NCBI GenBank assembly: GCA_031414595.1
Contig: JANNVX010000098.1
Coordinates: 96,001-160,000, forward strand
Source of the DNA: Deinococcales bacterium
GTDB lineage: Bacteria > Deinococcota > Deinococci > Deinococcales > JAAFIG01
Length of the DNA: 64,000 nt
Direction: 5' to 3'
Position 1 is the first letter of the stretch. Each line of letters begins with the position of its first letter. The translations under genes and the position numbers were made by a program. Of the stretch, positions 28,620 to 38,292 are shown in pieces. A model generated the notes under the pieces. It was not told where the DNA came from, did not search any database, and saw only the letters and a program-made list of their open reading frames with translations.

Positions 28620-30542
28620 TTATGCGTAAGCCCGCACTTCGCCATCTAGCGTGACCAAATATAAAGCCCCATTGATGATTAATGGTGTGGCTTGAATACT
28701 CGAGCCGCATTGATCCGACCAAAGAATTTTGCCATCCTCGAGCCGCAGTCCTAAAATCTCACCAGCCTCGCTGCAAACATAGACAATGCCTCTGGAAATA
28801 ATTGGGCTGGCAGTGATTCGCCCCAAAGTTTGCACCGTCCACAAGTCATCGCCGTTTCCCAGTTGGACTGCCCTGACCACACCTGTTTCGGCTTGCCAGT
28901 TACAGAGAATCACGATATTGCCAAAAATAGCTGGACAAGCCCAAACTTCGCCTTCAAGGTCATATTCCCAACGGGCTTCGGATTCGGGTAGCCAACCACG
29001 TTCGGAGCGTTTTAACTCGAGGGCAGCCACTTCGCCTTGCCATGATGGAACAATTAAAAGTGCGGTTTCTTGATTTTTAGGGTCACGGACAATACTTGGC
29101 GTGGCTTGGACACCTTCAAGTCCCAATTGCCAAATTTTTTTACCATTTTGCAAATTGATTCCTGTAACACTGCCGTTTTCATCAGCGAGAATCGCACTAC
29201 CCGCCCAGATGACTGGGCTGGCAGCAAAACCAGCACTGCTCGAGAAACCCCAATCGGTTTTTCCATTTTTGAGGCTCGAGCCGCCGCCGTCTCTGCCCAC
29301 CACCAGCCATGTGTTTTTATAAGGCGTTGGGGCAGTTGCAATTTCGGCTTGTCCTTTGTGCGCCCAGAGGACTTTTTTAGATTGCCATTCGATGGCTCGA
29401 GTGATTCCGTCCCAGCCGCTAAAAATCAGTTGAGAACCATCAAAAGCGGCTGGGGCGGTCAGTTCATCTTGGGTTTGAAAATCGGCGAATACTGTACCGC
29501 TCGAGGCACTGAGCAGATTCATTTTGCCGTCCCGAGTGCCAATCGCTAGGGTGTCACCTGAGCCAGTGATGGCTGCCCCCCAACTGACTTCGCCAGACAA
29601 CTGGGTTTGCCAAATTAAACGCAAACGACTTGGTTTGGCAAGACCACCGGGATGTACCCCAGTCCGACAACGCCCACCTCGGTAATGACTGGGGAAATGT
29701 GAAGTTTTGAGCCGATCAAAAGCCTCTTCAAAGCGCTCGGCGGGATTGTTCGGGCGCTCGATAGGGTCTTTATCTAAAAACTCGAGAATCGTTTCTGAAA
29801 TGGCAACTGGCAAACTTGGGTTGTGTTCCTCGAGTGGCTTGGGCGTTTCGTAGACGTGTTGGTACAAAACCCCTTGGTCGTTATCGGCTTCAAATGGGGC
29901 AACCCCAGTGGCGCTACGGTACAGCACTGCCCCAAACGAATAAATATCAGATTTCGCCGAGATACTTGTGCCTTTGGCTTGTTCGGGTGCCATGTACTGC
30001 GGTGTGCCGAGGGTGTAGCCCGTGCGGGTTAAGTCCCGCGTGGCATCGGACACATAGACCAAACCAAAATCCATGATTCGTGGATGTCCTTGTGCATCAA
30101 TTAAAATGTTGCGTGGGGTTAAATCGCGGTGAACCAATTTAGAATCATGCAAATAAGCTAATCCTCTGGAGGCTTCTTTGGCAATCCGTAAGAACCGCTC
30201 GAGTTCTTCAGGGTTGTCTTCTAAAGGACCTAAACTCGAGATATGCCCACCAGTTAAAAGCTCCATCGTAAAAAAAGCCCGACCATCTTCTTCGCCTAGG
30301 TCGTAGATGCCAATAATATTCGGGTGCGCCAGTCTCGAGAGGGTGCGGATTTCACGCCGAAAACGCTGTCGGTCAGTCGGTGGGACATATTCGTGCAGCA
30401 CTTTTAAGGCAACATCGCGCTTGAGAATCGTGTCGTATGCCCGCCAGACCACCGCCATACCGCCTTCACCAACAGGTTCACGCAGTTGGTAACGCCCAGC
30501 CAGCAGCGTGGGTTTAGGGGACTCAGGCTCAGACACGCCCAA
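28620..30542 (-). CDS. rqkA: Ser/Thr protein kinase with C-terminal PQQ-type beta-propeller (RqkA-like)
   Basis: GEGGMAVV, VALK, HRDLTPRN, DFG and GTPQYMAPE, followed by PQQ-like repeats; same architecture as Deinococcus RqkA. Confidence 0.8.
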   Translation of the reverse strand: MGVSEPESPKPTLLAGRYQLREPVGEGGMAVVWRAYDTILKRDVALKVLHEYVPPTDRQRFRREIRTLSRLAHPNIIGIYDLGEEDGRAFFTMELLTGGHISSLGPLEDNPEELERFLRIAKEASRGLAYLHDSKLVHRDLTPRNILIDAQGHPRIMDFGLVYVSDATRDLTRTGYTLGTPQYMAPEQAKGTSISAKSDIYSFGAVLYRSATGVAPFEADNDQGVLYQHVYETPKPLEEHNPSLPVAISETILEFLDKDPIERPNNPAERFEEAFDRLKTSHFPSHYRGGRCRTGVHPGGLAKPSRLRLIWQTQLSGEVSWGAAITGSGDTLAIGTRDGKMNLLSASSGTVFADFQTQDELTAPAAFDGSQLIFSGWDGITRAIEWQSKKVLWAHKGQAEIATAPTPYKNTWLVVGRDGGGSSLKNGKTDWGFSSSAGFAASPVIWAGSAILADENGSVTGINLQNGKKIWQLGLEGVQATPSIVRDPKNQETALLIVPSWQGEVAALELKRSERGWLPESEARWEYDLEGEVWACPAIFGNIVILCNWQAETGVVRAVQLGNGDDLWTVQTLGRITASPIISRGIVYVCSEAGEILGLRLEDGKILWSDQCGSSIQATPLIINGALYLVTLDGEVRAYA

Positions 30543-30571
30543 CAGTCTAACGCAACTACCTTAAGTTTTTC

Positions 30572-30623
30572 CCTTTCGCCCTTCGCCCTTCACCTTTCGC
30601 CTTTCGCCCTTTGCCTTTCGCCT
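30572..30623 (+). repeat. Tandem heptamer repeat (CCYTTCG x7)
   Basis: cctttcg cccttcg cccttca cctttcg cctttcg ccctttg cctttcg. Confidence 0.85.
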
Positions 30624-30645
30624 ATTTTTGTCTTAAACTAAATCC

Positions 30646-31149
30646 ATGCACCTTTACTTACTTCGTCATGCTCACACCGAAGACCTCGAGCTTGGACATT
30701 TAGACCAAAACCGCAAACTGACCCTCAAGGGACACGACCAAGCCAAAAGCCTACGCCGTACCCTGCAAACGCTCGAGATACACTTTGATACGGTCATCTC
30801 GAGTCCTTGGCGACGCGCTAGGCAAACCGCCAGTGCTTTAGAAAGTATCTCTGAAAATCTCGAGGTTTCGGATTTATTGGCAGCCTCACCTAGCCAAGCC
30901 CTACTGCATTTAATTGCCAAACAAAGCCAGACCAACCAGTGTCTACTTTTGATTGGACATCAACCATGGATGAGCCAACTGACCAGCCAACTCTTGACCA
31001 ACAACTCAAGTTTTGAAATGGCGTTTGAATACAAAAAATGCAGCCTGTACGCGCTCGAGTACAACGCACCTCCGTCGAACGAGTACAACCCCGAACACAC
31101 TTATTTACGTTTTATTTTGCCGCCTGGAGTGCTGAGGCGATTATTCTGA
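30646..31149 (+). CDS. sixA: Phosphohistidine phosphatase SixA family
   Basis: LYLLRHA, R.LT.KG, SSP.RRA.QTA and IGHQP. Confidence 0.85.
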   Translation: MHLYLLRHAHTEDLELGHLDQNRKLTLKGHDQAKSLRRTLQTLEIHFDTVISSPWRRARQTASALESISENLEVSDLLAASPSQALLHLIAKQSQTNQCLLLIGHQPWMSQLTSQLLTNNSSFEMAFEYKKCSLYALEYNAPPSNEYNPEHTYLRFILPPGVLRRLF

Positions 31150-32669
31150 GTACCACCGCGTTGCAATTCGTTAGCTTCTAAGAACAATGCTCGTCCGAAG
31201 GCTTTGCGAAATAAATCACCATGTTTGGAAGCCTCCCAGAGTTCGACTCGAGGGGTTTGAGCCGCAATTAAGCCAATCGTAATCCGTTCTTTTTCGATTT
31301 TTAGGCTTAAGTCCTGTACCCGTCCAGAACGCGAACGCTCGAGGTATTCGGCTAAACGCAAGCATGCGGCTAATCGCAGCAAACGTATTTCGTCATCTGG
31401 CTCGAGAATACGTTTGAACTGACCAAGTTTTGGGTCGCCCTTACGGTGATACTGCACCAACAATGCCAGTAAAATCTGCTCACGATGGGTAAAACCCGGC
31501 ATTTGGGTGTTCAGCACCAAGTACGCGCCATGCTTATGATGGTCATGGTAGGACACCGCCATGCCAATGTCGTGCAAAGAAGCCGCCGCATCGAGCAGCC
31601 GCGCCTCTGAAGCCCCATACCGATGAATTGGCTCGAGTGCCATAAACAACTTTCTGGAGAGTTTTCGCACATGCTGGGTATGATTTTCGTCTTGAGGATA
31701 ATGGGCAAATAAGTTCTGAACACTAAAAACCCGAACCTCTGGCAGTAAATGCGGTACTCGAGGCACAAATTCTTTGTAAAACGCCCCTTCACGCACCCCC
31801 TGCCCAGAAATAATCAGACTTTTAGCCCCGATTTCACGCAAAACCGTGCGGTAGACCAATGCCCCAGCCAAAATTGCATCGGCACGGTCAGCATGAATTC
31901 CAGAAATAATGGCGCGCTCATTAGTCGGTAAATCGAGTAAGCGCTGAATTAAACTTTCCAAAGCATCGCGTTTTAATTCGTAGCCATGCAGGGCATCAAG
32001 CGGATAATCCTCGAGTTTCTGCACCGCCCTCGCCAAATTACGAATTGTGCCACCCATAGCGATTAAAGGTGCAAGGTCTTTTTTCATCCGTGCCAGTGTT
32101 GGCTCGAGTTGCTTAAGAACAAACTTCTCGAGTTGCTTCACTTCTTGCTCCGAGGTGCGTGCGCCTTGCAAGAACTGCTCGGTCAAACGCACATAACCAA
32201 GTGGAAATGCCTGTCCGCCCATAAAAAGTCGGTTCTCGAGCCGAGAAATCTGGGCGCTGCCGCCACCTAAATCCATCACCCAAGCACTTGAGACCTGAAA
32301 AGAATTGGCGACGGCTAATGCTCCGTACTGGGCTTCTTCTTCGCCGCTTAGAATGCGAAAATCTAAGTTAAAACCTTTTAGTTGACTTAGAAAATCTTGG
32401 CTGTTGGCAGCTTCGCGCACCGCACTGGTGGCAATCACGGTTAATTTCCCGAGGTTGGTAGCGACAGCATAATCGGCATACAATTTTATGGCATCTATTG
32501 CCCGTGTGGTGGCGGCTTTTGACAATTTACCTGTGGCTGCAAAACCCTCGCCGAGCCGCACACTTTCACGAATTTCATCAGTCAAACGAAACCATTGACC
32601 CGCTTCAAAGTCATAAACCACCAAACGGGCTGTACCACTGCCCATATCCACAATGCCAATGCGCTTCAT
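31101..32669 (-). CDS. ppx: Exopolyphosphatase Ppx/GppA with HD domain
   Basis: VDMGSGT.RL, ATSAVREAAN, DLGGGS, GVREG and LHDIG; ATG at 32669. Confidence 0.92.
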   Translation of the reverse strand: MKRIGIVDMGSGTARLVVYDFEAGQWFRLTDEIRESVRLGEGFAATGKLSKAATTRAIDAIKLYADYAVATNLGKLTVIATSAVREAANSQDFLSQLKGFNLDFRILSGEEEAQYGALAVANSFQVSSAWVMDLGGGSAQISRLENRLFMGGQAFPLGYVRLTEQFLQGARTSEQEVKQLEKFVLKQLEPTLARMKKDLAPLIAMGGTIRNLARAVQKLEDYPLDALHGYELKRDALESLIQRLLDLPTNERAIISGIHADRADAILAGALVYRTVLREIGAKSLIISGQGVREGAFYKEFVPRVPHLLPEVRVFSVQNLFAHYPQDENHTQHVRKLSRKLFMALEPIHRYGASEARLLDAAASLHDIGMAVSYHDHHKHGAYLVLNTQMPGFTHREQILLALLVQYHRKGDPKLGQFKRILEPDDEIRLLRLAACLRLAEYLERSRSGRVQDLSLKIEKERITIGLIAAQTPRVELWEASKHGDLFRKAFGRALFLEANELQRGGTQNNRLSTPGGKIKRK

Positions 32670-32708
32670 CTTGGATAGCTTAACAGGCAATAGGCTCGAG
32701 AACCTATT

Positions 32709-33122
32709 TTAACGGGTGAACAATTCGTCTGTACCACCCGCGTGACAATCTTTGCACAGGGCTTGCCCATTAACTCCGCCAGCCCCAATGCTGTACTTGC
32801 CATTTCTTGGAAAATATTCTTCGTAATACCAACCGGTAGAGCGTTTATACATTACTGCCACAAAACTTGGACTCGAGATTTTGCCACCTGTTTTAATAAC
32901 AATGCTACCAATCGGCAACTTGCCCGATTTTTTCCATGCCGTAGCTGCGATTTTATTGGCAAAAACTTGTTTGGTTTGCCCACTGTGCGGTCCACCAGTA
33001 TCTAAGTTCTTGGCGACCACTGTCCATTTTTCAAACCCCGTTAAGGTTTTGGGTAAACCCACCAGCCCAGTTGCGAGTGCCACGCCGCCCAATACCAAGA
33101 CTGCCAGAATGTATTTGGTCAT
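32709..33122 (-). CDS. Cytochrome P460/c'-beta-like c-type cytochrome
   Basis: Signal peptide; LPIGSIVIK, VM.K..GW.Y..Y and a C-terminal CKDCH heme motif. Confidence 0.7.
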   Translation of the reverse strand: MTKYILAVLVLGGVALATGLVGLPKTLTGFEKWTVVAKNLDTGGPHSGQTKQVFANKIAATAWKKSGKLPIGSIVIKTGGKISSPSFVAVMYKRSTGWYYEEYFPRNGKYSIGAGGVNGQALCKDCHAGGTDELFTR

Positions 33123-33154
33123 GCCCTATTGTACGTTACGGATTGAGCGAAAGT

Positions 33155-34339
33155 TCAAAAGCGCGTAAAAATAAGCGGCACAAGCATTTCTTCTTTAGAT
33201 AAAGCCCCGTGTGAACCTCGGTGTGGGCGGCTTGGATGCTTACCCGAAAAGGTATAACACAATTGTGCGCCGTCTCTGGGCATAGCAATTAAATCCCCGA
33301 CACGATTGTAAAACGTCTCTTGGGCTGGCAAGCCACCAAAAAGACCGGCTTCCCATGCCTCGGTTGCCAAAACGGTATGCGAAGTCACCTCGAGCATATC
33401 GCGCACCTCCTCGAGCATATTTGGTTTAACCCGAAAAGTACGACAAACCCGATCTCCGGCTGGCGCACTGAGCAGTAGCGGCATCAGGTCACGCTGCTGC
33501 TCTAAGTAAACTGTGTTCTTCTCGAGTAAATCGGTCTGTCCGTGGTCGGCAGTTAAAACAAAGGCGGTTTTCCCATTTTTTGGAATGCGTTTGAGTAATC
33601 TTGCCACCGCGTTATCAAGAGCGTTAATTTCATCCGAGGCTTCTTGGCTGCTGGGTCCGTGCTTATGGCAAACCGTGTCGTAATCTGCCCAATACACAAC
33701 AACCATTTTTTGGTCTGGACTTTGCAAAGCTGGCATGGCAACACTGGCGCAGGTATTGGCACTTAAGTAGCCGTACTGCATGGCTCTTGCCCAATACCAT
33801 TCATTTAACCAAGTAAAACGGTACTCGGTAGGTGCAACCGAAAAAGCACTGATGCCCTGACGCTCGAGTTTGGCGTAAATACTCTGAAAAGTCTTTAAGA
33901 AATCTGGTTCTTCTAGTTTTTTTTGCTTGACCAAATCGAGTTGCCCAATCATTTCTGTGACTGCATTCACTTCCTCGAGCCAAAGCGTGTAGCCAAGCCA
34001 GCCTGTTTGGGCGGGTGTAGCAGCCATGTGCATTCCTGTAATCGCCGCCATCGTGGTACTGGGAAAAACACTGGTCAGGCTGCTTTGCAGACTATCGCCT
34101 AATAATGCCTTGACATTGGGCATATCACCATCAGCGATGTGTTTCTCGAGTTGCCACTGCCCAAGTCCATCGGCAATAAAAAGCACAATCGTTTCGACAC
34201 CCTCGAGCGCTAAAGACTGACGCAAGACTGGCGCAGAGGTAATCACCCCAAAATGCCGAGCGAGACTCGAGGTCAAATTAACAATACTGCCACCAGCGTA
34301 ATCTGGGCTAATCATTGAACTGGGTAATTGAAGTGCCAC
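33155..34339 (-). CDS. Alkaline phosphatase superfamily (nucleotide pyrophosphatase-like) protein
   Basis: ADGLG, SVFPSTT, D..CH..GP, TADHG and HGALS..EM.VP. Confidence 0.85.
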   Translation of the reverse strand: MALQLPSSMISPDYAGGSIVNLTSSLARHFGVITSAPVLRQSLALEGVETIVLFIADGLGQWQLEKHIADGDMPNVKALLGDSLQSSLTSVFPSTTMAAITGMHMAATPAQTGWLGYTLWLEEVNAVTEMIGQLDLVKQKKLEEPDFLKTFQSIYAKLERQGISAFSVAPTEYRFTWLNEWYWARAMQYGYLSANTCASVAMPALQSPDQKMVVVYWADYDTVCHKHGPSSQEASDEINALDNAVARLLKRIPKNGKTAFVLTADHGQTDLLEKNTVYLEQQRDLMPLLLSAPAGDRVCRTFRVKPNMLEEVRDMLEVTSHTVLATEAWEAGLFGGLPAQETFYNRVGDLIAMPRDGAQLCYTFSGKHPSRPHRGSHGALSKEEMLVPLIFTRF

Positions 34340-34370
34340 GGCTACAGACTATCATTCAAAAGGAGGTTTA

Positions 34371-35426
34371 TTAAACCATTGGCAACATAATTTGCAGACT
34401 CTGTACCGAAATACGCCCAGCGATGGCTCGAGCCACATCGGTTAGTGCAAGGGCTTCTTTGGTTTCGGGGTTAGAGACCACCACAGGCGCACCATTATCG
34501 CCAGAGATACGCACCTCGAGACCGATTGGAATTTCACCCAGCACTGGAATACCGAGTTTATCGGCTTGGGTTTTCGCACCACCATGACCAAAAATATCGT
34601 AACGAGTCCCCGTGTCTGGGGCAATAAAGTAACTCATGTTCTCGACAATTCCCAAAATCGGCACATTGGCTTTGCGGAACATATCCACGGCTCTGGTTGC
34701 ATCTATCCACGCCACATCTTGCGGTGTAGAAACAATCACTGCCCCGGTAATCGTGACGCTCTGGGTTAGGGATAACTGCACATCGCCAGTCCCCGGCGGC
34801 AAGTCAATCACCAAGTAATCTAAGTCGCCCCAAGCAGCATCGTGCAGGGTCTGACGCACAAAACTATGGAGCATTGGTCCGCGCCAAACGGTGGCTTGAC
34901 CGGGTGCAACCAAGTTGCCCATGCTAATAAATTTTAGTCCGTGTTTCTCGAGCGGCAGCATTTTTTTGTTCTCATCGGCAAACATCCGTTCATCGGTCAT
35001 GCCAAACATATGGGCGATGCTTGGTCCGTAGACATCCGAATCGAGCAGTCCGACTTTAGCCCCGTCTTTTGCCAGCGAACAAGCAATATTGGCTGCCACC
35101 GTACTTTTTCCCACGCCGCCTTTACCGCTTCCCACCACAATCACATGTTTGACCCCCGGAATTGGGTTCTCAGTTGGCGGACGAACCTGAGCGCCAAAAC
35201 TGACATTAACATGCTTGACTTCTGGGACTTTCAGCACGGCTGCCACCACATCCGATTCAATTTTGCCTTTGAGCGGACAGGCTGGGGTGGTCAGTTCAAC
35301 TTTGACATGAACGATGTTGCCTTCGATACTCATTTTTTCAATCATCCCGAGTGACACAAGGTCTTTGTGCAGTTCGGGGTCATCCACAGTTCGCAGGGCA
35401 TTCATCACAGCAGCTTCTGAAATCAT
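34371..35426 (-). CDS. mrp: Mrp/ApbC (NBP35) Fe-S cluster carrier ATPase
   Basis: DUF59 N-terminus (VDDPEL, LTTPACP), SGKGGVGKST, DLPPGTGD and VENMSYF; start set at ATG 35426. Confidence 0.93.
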   Translation of the reverse strand: MISEAAVMNALRTVDDPELHKDLVSLGMIEKMSIEGNIVHVKVELTTPACPLKGKIESDVVAAVLKVPEVKHVNVSFGAQVRPPTENPIPGVKHVIVVGSGKGGVGKSTVAANIACSLAKDGAKVGLLDSDVYGPSIAHMFGMTDERMFADENKKMLPLEKHGLKFISMGNLVAPGQATVWRGPMLHSFVRQTLHDAAWGDLDYLVIDLPPGTGDVQLSLTQSVTITGAVIVSTPQDVAWIDATRAVDMFRKANVPILGIVENMSYFIAPDTGTRYDIFGHGGAKTQADKLGIPVLGEIPIGLEVRISGDNGAPVVVSNPETKEALALTDVARAIAGRISVQSLQIMLPMV

Positions 35427-35461
35427 GAAGGCAGGATAACGTCTTTGGGTTAAAACTTGCG

Positions 35462-35591
35462 GGACTCGAGTCACACAACCGATGCAGGACTCGTTCACAC
35501 AACCGATGCAAGGCTCGTTCACACAACCGATGCAAGGCTCGTTCACACAACCGATGCAGGACTCGTTCACATAGCCGATGCAGGACTCGAG
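35462..35591. repeat. 24-bp tandem repeat (about 5 units) bounded by CTCGAG at both ends
   Basis: Unit CACACAACCGATGCA(G/A)G(A/G)CTCGTT; GGACTCGAGT at both ends; no unique spacers. Confidence 0.9.
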
Positions 35592-35620
35592 TTGGTGAAT
35601 GGTTTATACTTTGGCGCACG

Positions 35621-36631
35621 ATGCAAAAGAAATTTAATCTGGTTCTGGTCGGTTGTGGCAATATGGCGCACACTTGGGTTGAATATGCCAAAACACGCGA
35701 CGACACCGACATTGTTGCCGTGGTGGATATTCAGCCCAGCACGGCGACTGCCCTGCTCGAGCGGCATGGTCTGACCTGTCCTGCTTTTACCAACCTCAGC
35801 CAAGCCTTAAATGCCACCAATGCCAATCTGGTCTTTGATGTGACTATTCCCGAGGCACACGAGGAAGTGGTGCTAACGGCATTAAAATTTGGCTGTGATG
35901 TCTTTGGTGAAAAACCCTTAGCGGCTTCTTTAGCAGCAGCCCAAGGGATGGTCAAGACCGCCATCAAAACTGGGCGGACTTTTGCGATCATGCAGAACCG
36001 GCGTTATAACAATCAGATTCGGGCATACCAAGATTTGATAAAAGTTATTGGCGAAGTTGGTTTTTTAAGTGCCAATTTTTTTATTGCGCCACATTTTGGG
36101 GGTTTTCGGGAAGCCATGCAGAGTCCGTTGTTACTCGATATGGCAATTCATACCTTTGATGCAGCCCGTTTTTTATCGGGGGCGGATGCGGTATCAGTTT
36201 ATTGTCATGAATTTAATCCCAAGGGTTCTTGGTACGCAGGTCATGCCAATGCCATCTGTATTTTTGAAATGTCGGATGGTTCAGTTTTTTCGTATAACGG
36301 GTCATGGGCTGCCGAAGGTGCTTTTACGGCTTGGGAAGCCGAATGGCGGGTGCTTGGTTCTCGAGGTACAGCCATTTGGAATGGCAAAGACGCGCCGTTT
36401 GCCGAAATCGTTAAAACCCCAGAGCAGCAAAGTTTTATTCGAGACTTCACAAAAATAGAAGCGGTTGTACCAAACTTACCAGAAGGACACCATGCTTGTT
36501 TAGAGGAGATGTTCGCGGCGGTGCTGAATAACCAAGCCCCACAAACCATCTGTACCGATAACATCAAAAGCCTAGGCATGGTTTTTGCTGCCCTCGAGAG
36601 TTCGCGGCTTGGGCAAAAAGTGATGCTTTAA
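35621..36631 (+). CDS. Gfo/Idh/MocA family oxidoreductase
   Basis: LVGCGNMA, GEKPLA, QNRRY and LLDMAIHTFD. Confidence 0.92.
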   Translation: MQKKFNLVLVGCGNMAHTWVEYAKTRDDTDIVAVVDIQPSTATALLERHGLTCPAFTNLSQALNATNANLVFDVTIPEAHEEVVLTALKFGCDVFGEKPLAASLAAAQGMVKTAIKTGRTFAIMQNRRYNNQIRAYQDLIKVIGEVGFLSANFFIAPHFGGFREAMQSPLLLDMAIHTFDAARFLSGADAVSVYCHEFNPKGSWYAGHANAICIFEMSDGSVFSYNGSWAAEGAFTAWEAEWRVLGSRGTAIWNGKDAPFAEIVKTPEQQSFIRDFTKIEAVVPNLPEGHHACLEEMFAAVLNNQAPQTICTDNIKSLGMVFAALESSRLGQKVML

Positions 36632-36690
36632 CCCAAGCAGACTCGAGCTTCAGCAATTGAAACAAAAGTCATCAGCCCGTATGCTGGGCT

Positions 36691-38292
36691 ATGTTAAATC
36701 CAACTCGAGCCTTGGCAGTCCAAATGGTCGAGGCTGCCAGCATCACCAACACGCAAAGCGAACGGGATTTCCCAGATGTACTGATGCGCTTGATTGGGCA
36801 AGAAAGCTACTTTCAGACCCATCCAGAATTGCTGTGGTTGCCAAGCATTGCTCACGACCCACATGAGCGGCGCAATGTTTGTGCCTTGGTACGCGGTTCG
36901 GGACGCAAAACTGTGGTCTTGACTGGACATTACGATGTGGTCAGCACCGATAATTACGGTCCTTTGCAGCCTTGGGCGTTTTCTCCCGAGCTACTACAGC
37001 AAAAAATAATCGAGGATTTGCGCCAAAACGCCCGCAGTCAAGCCGAACACCGCGCCCTGCACGATTTAGAAAGTGGTTTGTATCTACCCGGGCGGGGCTT
37101 GTTGGATATGAAAGCTGGTTTAGCGGCTGGCTTAACCGCTTTGTACGGCTTTGCTGCCCTGAATAATCGGGTTGGCAATGTTCTATTTTTGGCTGTCGCC
37201 GACGAAGAAGACCGCTCCCATGGCGCTCGAGTTGCCTCGAGTATCCTTGGCGGACTTGATTTAGAGGTGGTGGGCGTAATCAACCTTGATGCCACATCGG
37301 ACACAGGGGACGGCTCGACTGGACAAGCCTTGTACTTAGGCAGTGTTGGTAAACTCTTGGTTTCGGCATTGGTGATTGGTGTGGATACCCACGCGGGTTA
37401 TGCACTGGACGGCATCAACGCCAATTTCTTAGCCAGTGCTTTAAGTATGAATTTTGAAGTCAATCCGCGCCTGACTGACCAGAGCTTTGGTGAAATTGGC
37501 ACACCGCCGACTTCCTTAAAACAAAGCGATCAAAAACAACAATACGATGTCACTACACCGGCTCGAGCATGGTTGTGTATGAATGTACTGACCCATGGTT
37601 TAAGTGCTACAGAAGTTCTCAAAGGGTTTACTCGAGAAGCAAAACATGCTATTGATGGCGCTTTACAGTTTTTGCGTAACCGAGCCGAAAAATTAGGCGA
37701 GAAATCTGCGGCACATGGGGCAAGTCCATTGGTGTTGACTTACCAAGACTTGTTGCAGCACTGCCAAAAACAAACTGGCTTTGACAGCCAACTCGAGCAG
37801 TTCTGCAAGCAACTCGAGCCAAAATTAGATTTACCCAGTCAGAGCCAACTGGTTCTTAATTGGCTTTGGGATAAGAGCGGCTTACTTGGACCAGCCGTGG
37901 TGCTTAGTTTTGCTTCGCTGCATTATCCAAGTACCTTTTTGCCGCAAACCGACCCATTTGTGCAAATTATTCAAAAAACCCTCGAGCAAGTTCAAACAGA
38001 CTTGGGTGTGGCGGTGACTGAGCGCCGTTTCTTTCGGGGCATCAGCGACATGAGTTGGTTTGGTCACGCCGACCCTGAAGATATTGCTTTTGTCAATGCC
38101 AACACTGCCGCGCCACTTGCTCGAATTCTGACCATGCCAGCCCAGTTACCTGTGGTTAATCTTGGACCGTGGGGACGTGATTATCATCAGTGGCTTGAGC
38201 GGGTCTATATGCCATATGCGTTTGAACATCTGCCTGAAATTCTTTACCGCATTCTTGTGGATACCTTGGAATCTAGCTTGAGCGGCGTTTGA
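36691..38292 (+). CDS. RocB-like M20/M25/M40 metallopeptidase
   Basis: GHYDVV, GRGLLDMKAG, DEEDRSHG, GSVGK, GISDMS and GPWGRDYHQ..ER. Confidence 0.85.
   Translation: MLNPTRALAVQMVEAASITNTQSERDFPDVLMRLIGQESYFQTHPELLWLPSIAHDPHERRNVCALVRGSGRKTVVLTGHYDVVSTDNYGPLQPWAFSPELLQQKIIEDLRQNARSQAEHRALHDLESGLYLPGRGLLDMKAGLAAGLTALYGFAALNNRVGNVLFLAVADEEDRSHGARVASSILGGLDLEVVGVINLDATSDTGDGSTGQALYLGSVGKLLVSALVIGVDTHAGYALDGINANFLASALSMNFEVNPRLTDQSFGEIGTPPTSLKQSDQKQQYDVTTPARAWLCMNVLTHGLSATEVLKGFTREAKHAIDGALQFLRNRAEKLGEKSAAHGASPLVLTYQDLLQHCQKQTGFDSQLEQFCKQLEPKLDLPSQSQLVLNWLWDKSGLLGPAVVLSFASLHYPSTFLPQTDPFVQIIQKTLEQVQTDLGVAVTERRFFRGISDMSWFGHADPEDIAFVNANTAAPLARILTMPAQLPVVNLGPWGRDYHQWLERVYMPYAFEHLPEILYRILVDTLESSLSGV

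Noticed and set aside
28369-28722. 117-aa minus-strand ORF or gene fragment between the heme-binding protein and kinase genes
   Set aside because: Overlaps both neighbours, has no RBS and no recognisable domain; a remnant cannot be excluded.
35462-35591. Possible CRISPR array
   Set aside because: Units are contiguous 24-mers with no unique spacers, and there are no cas genes in the window.
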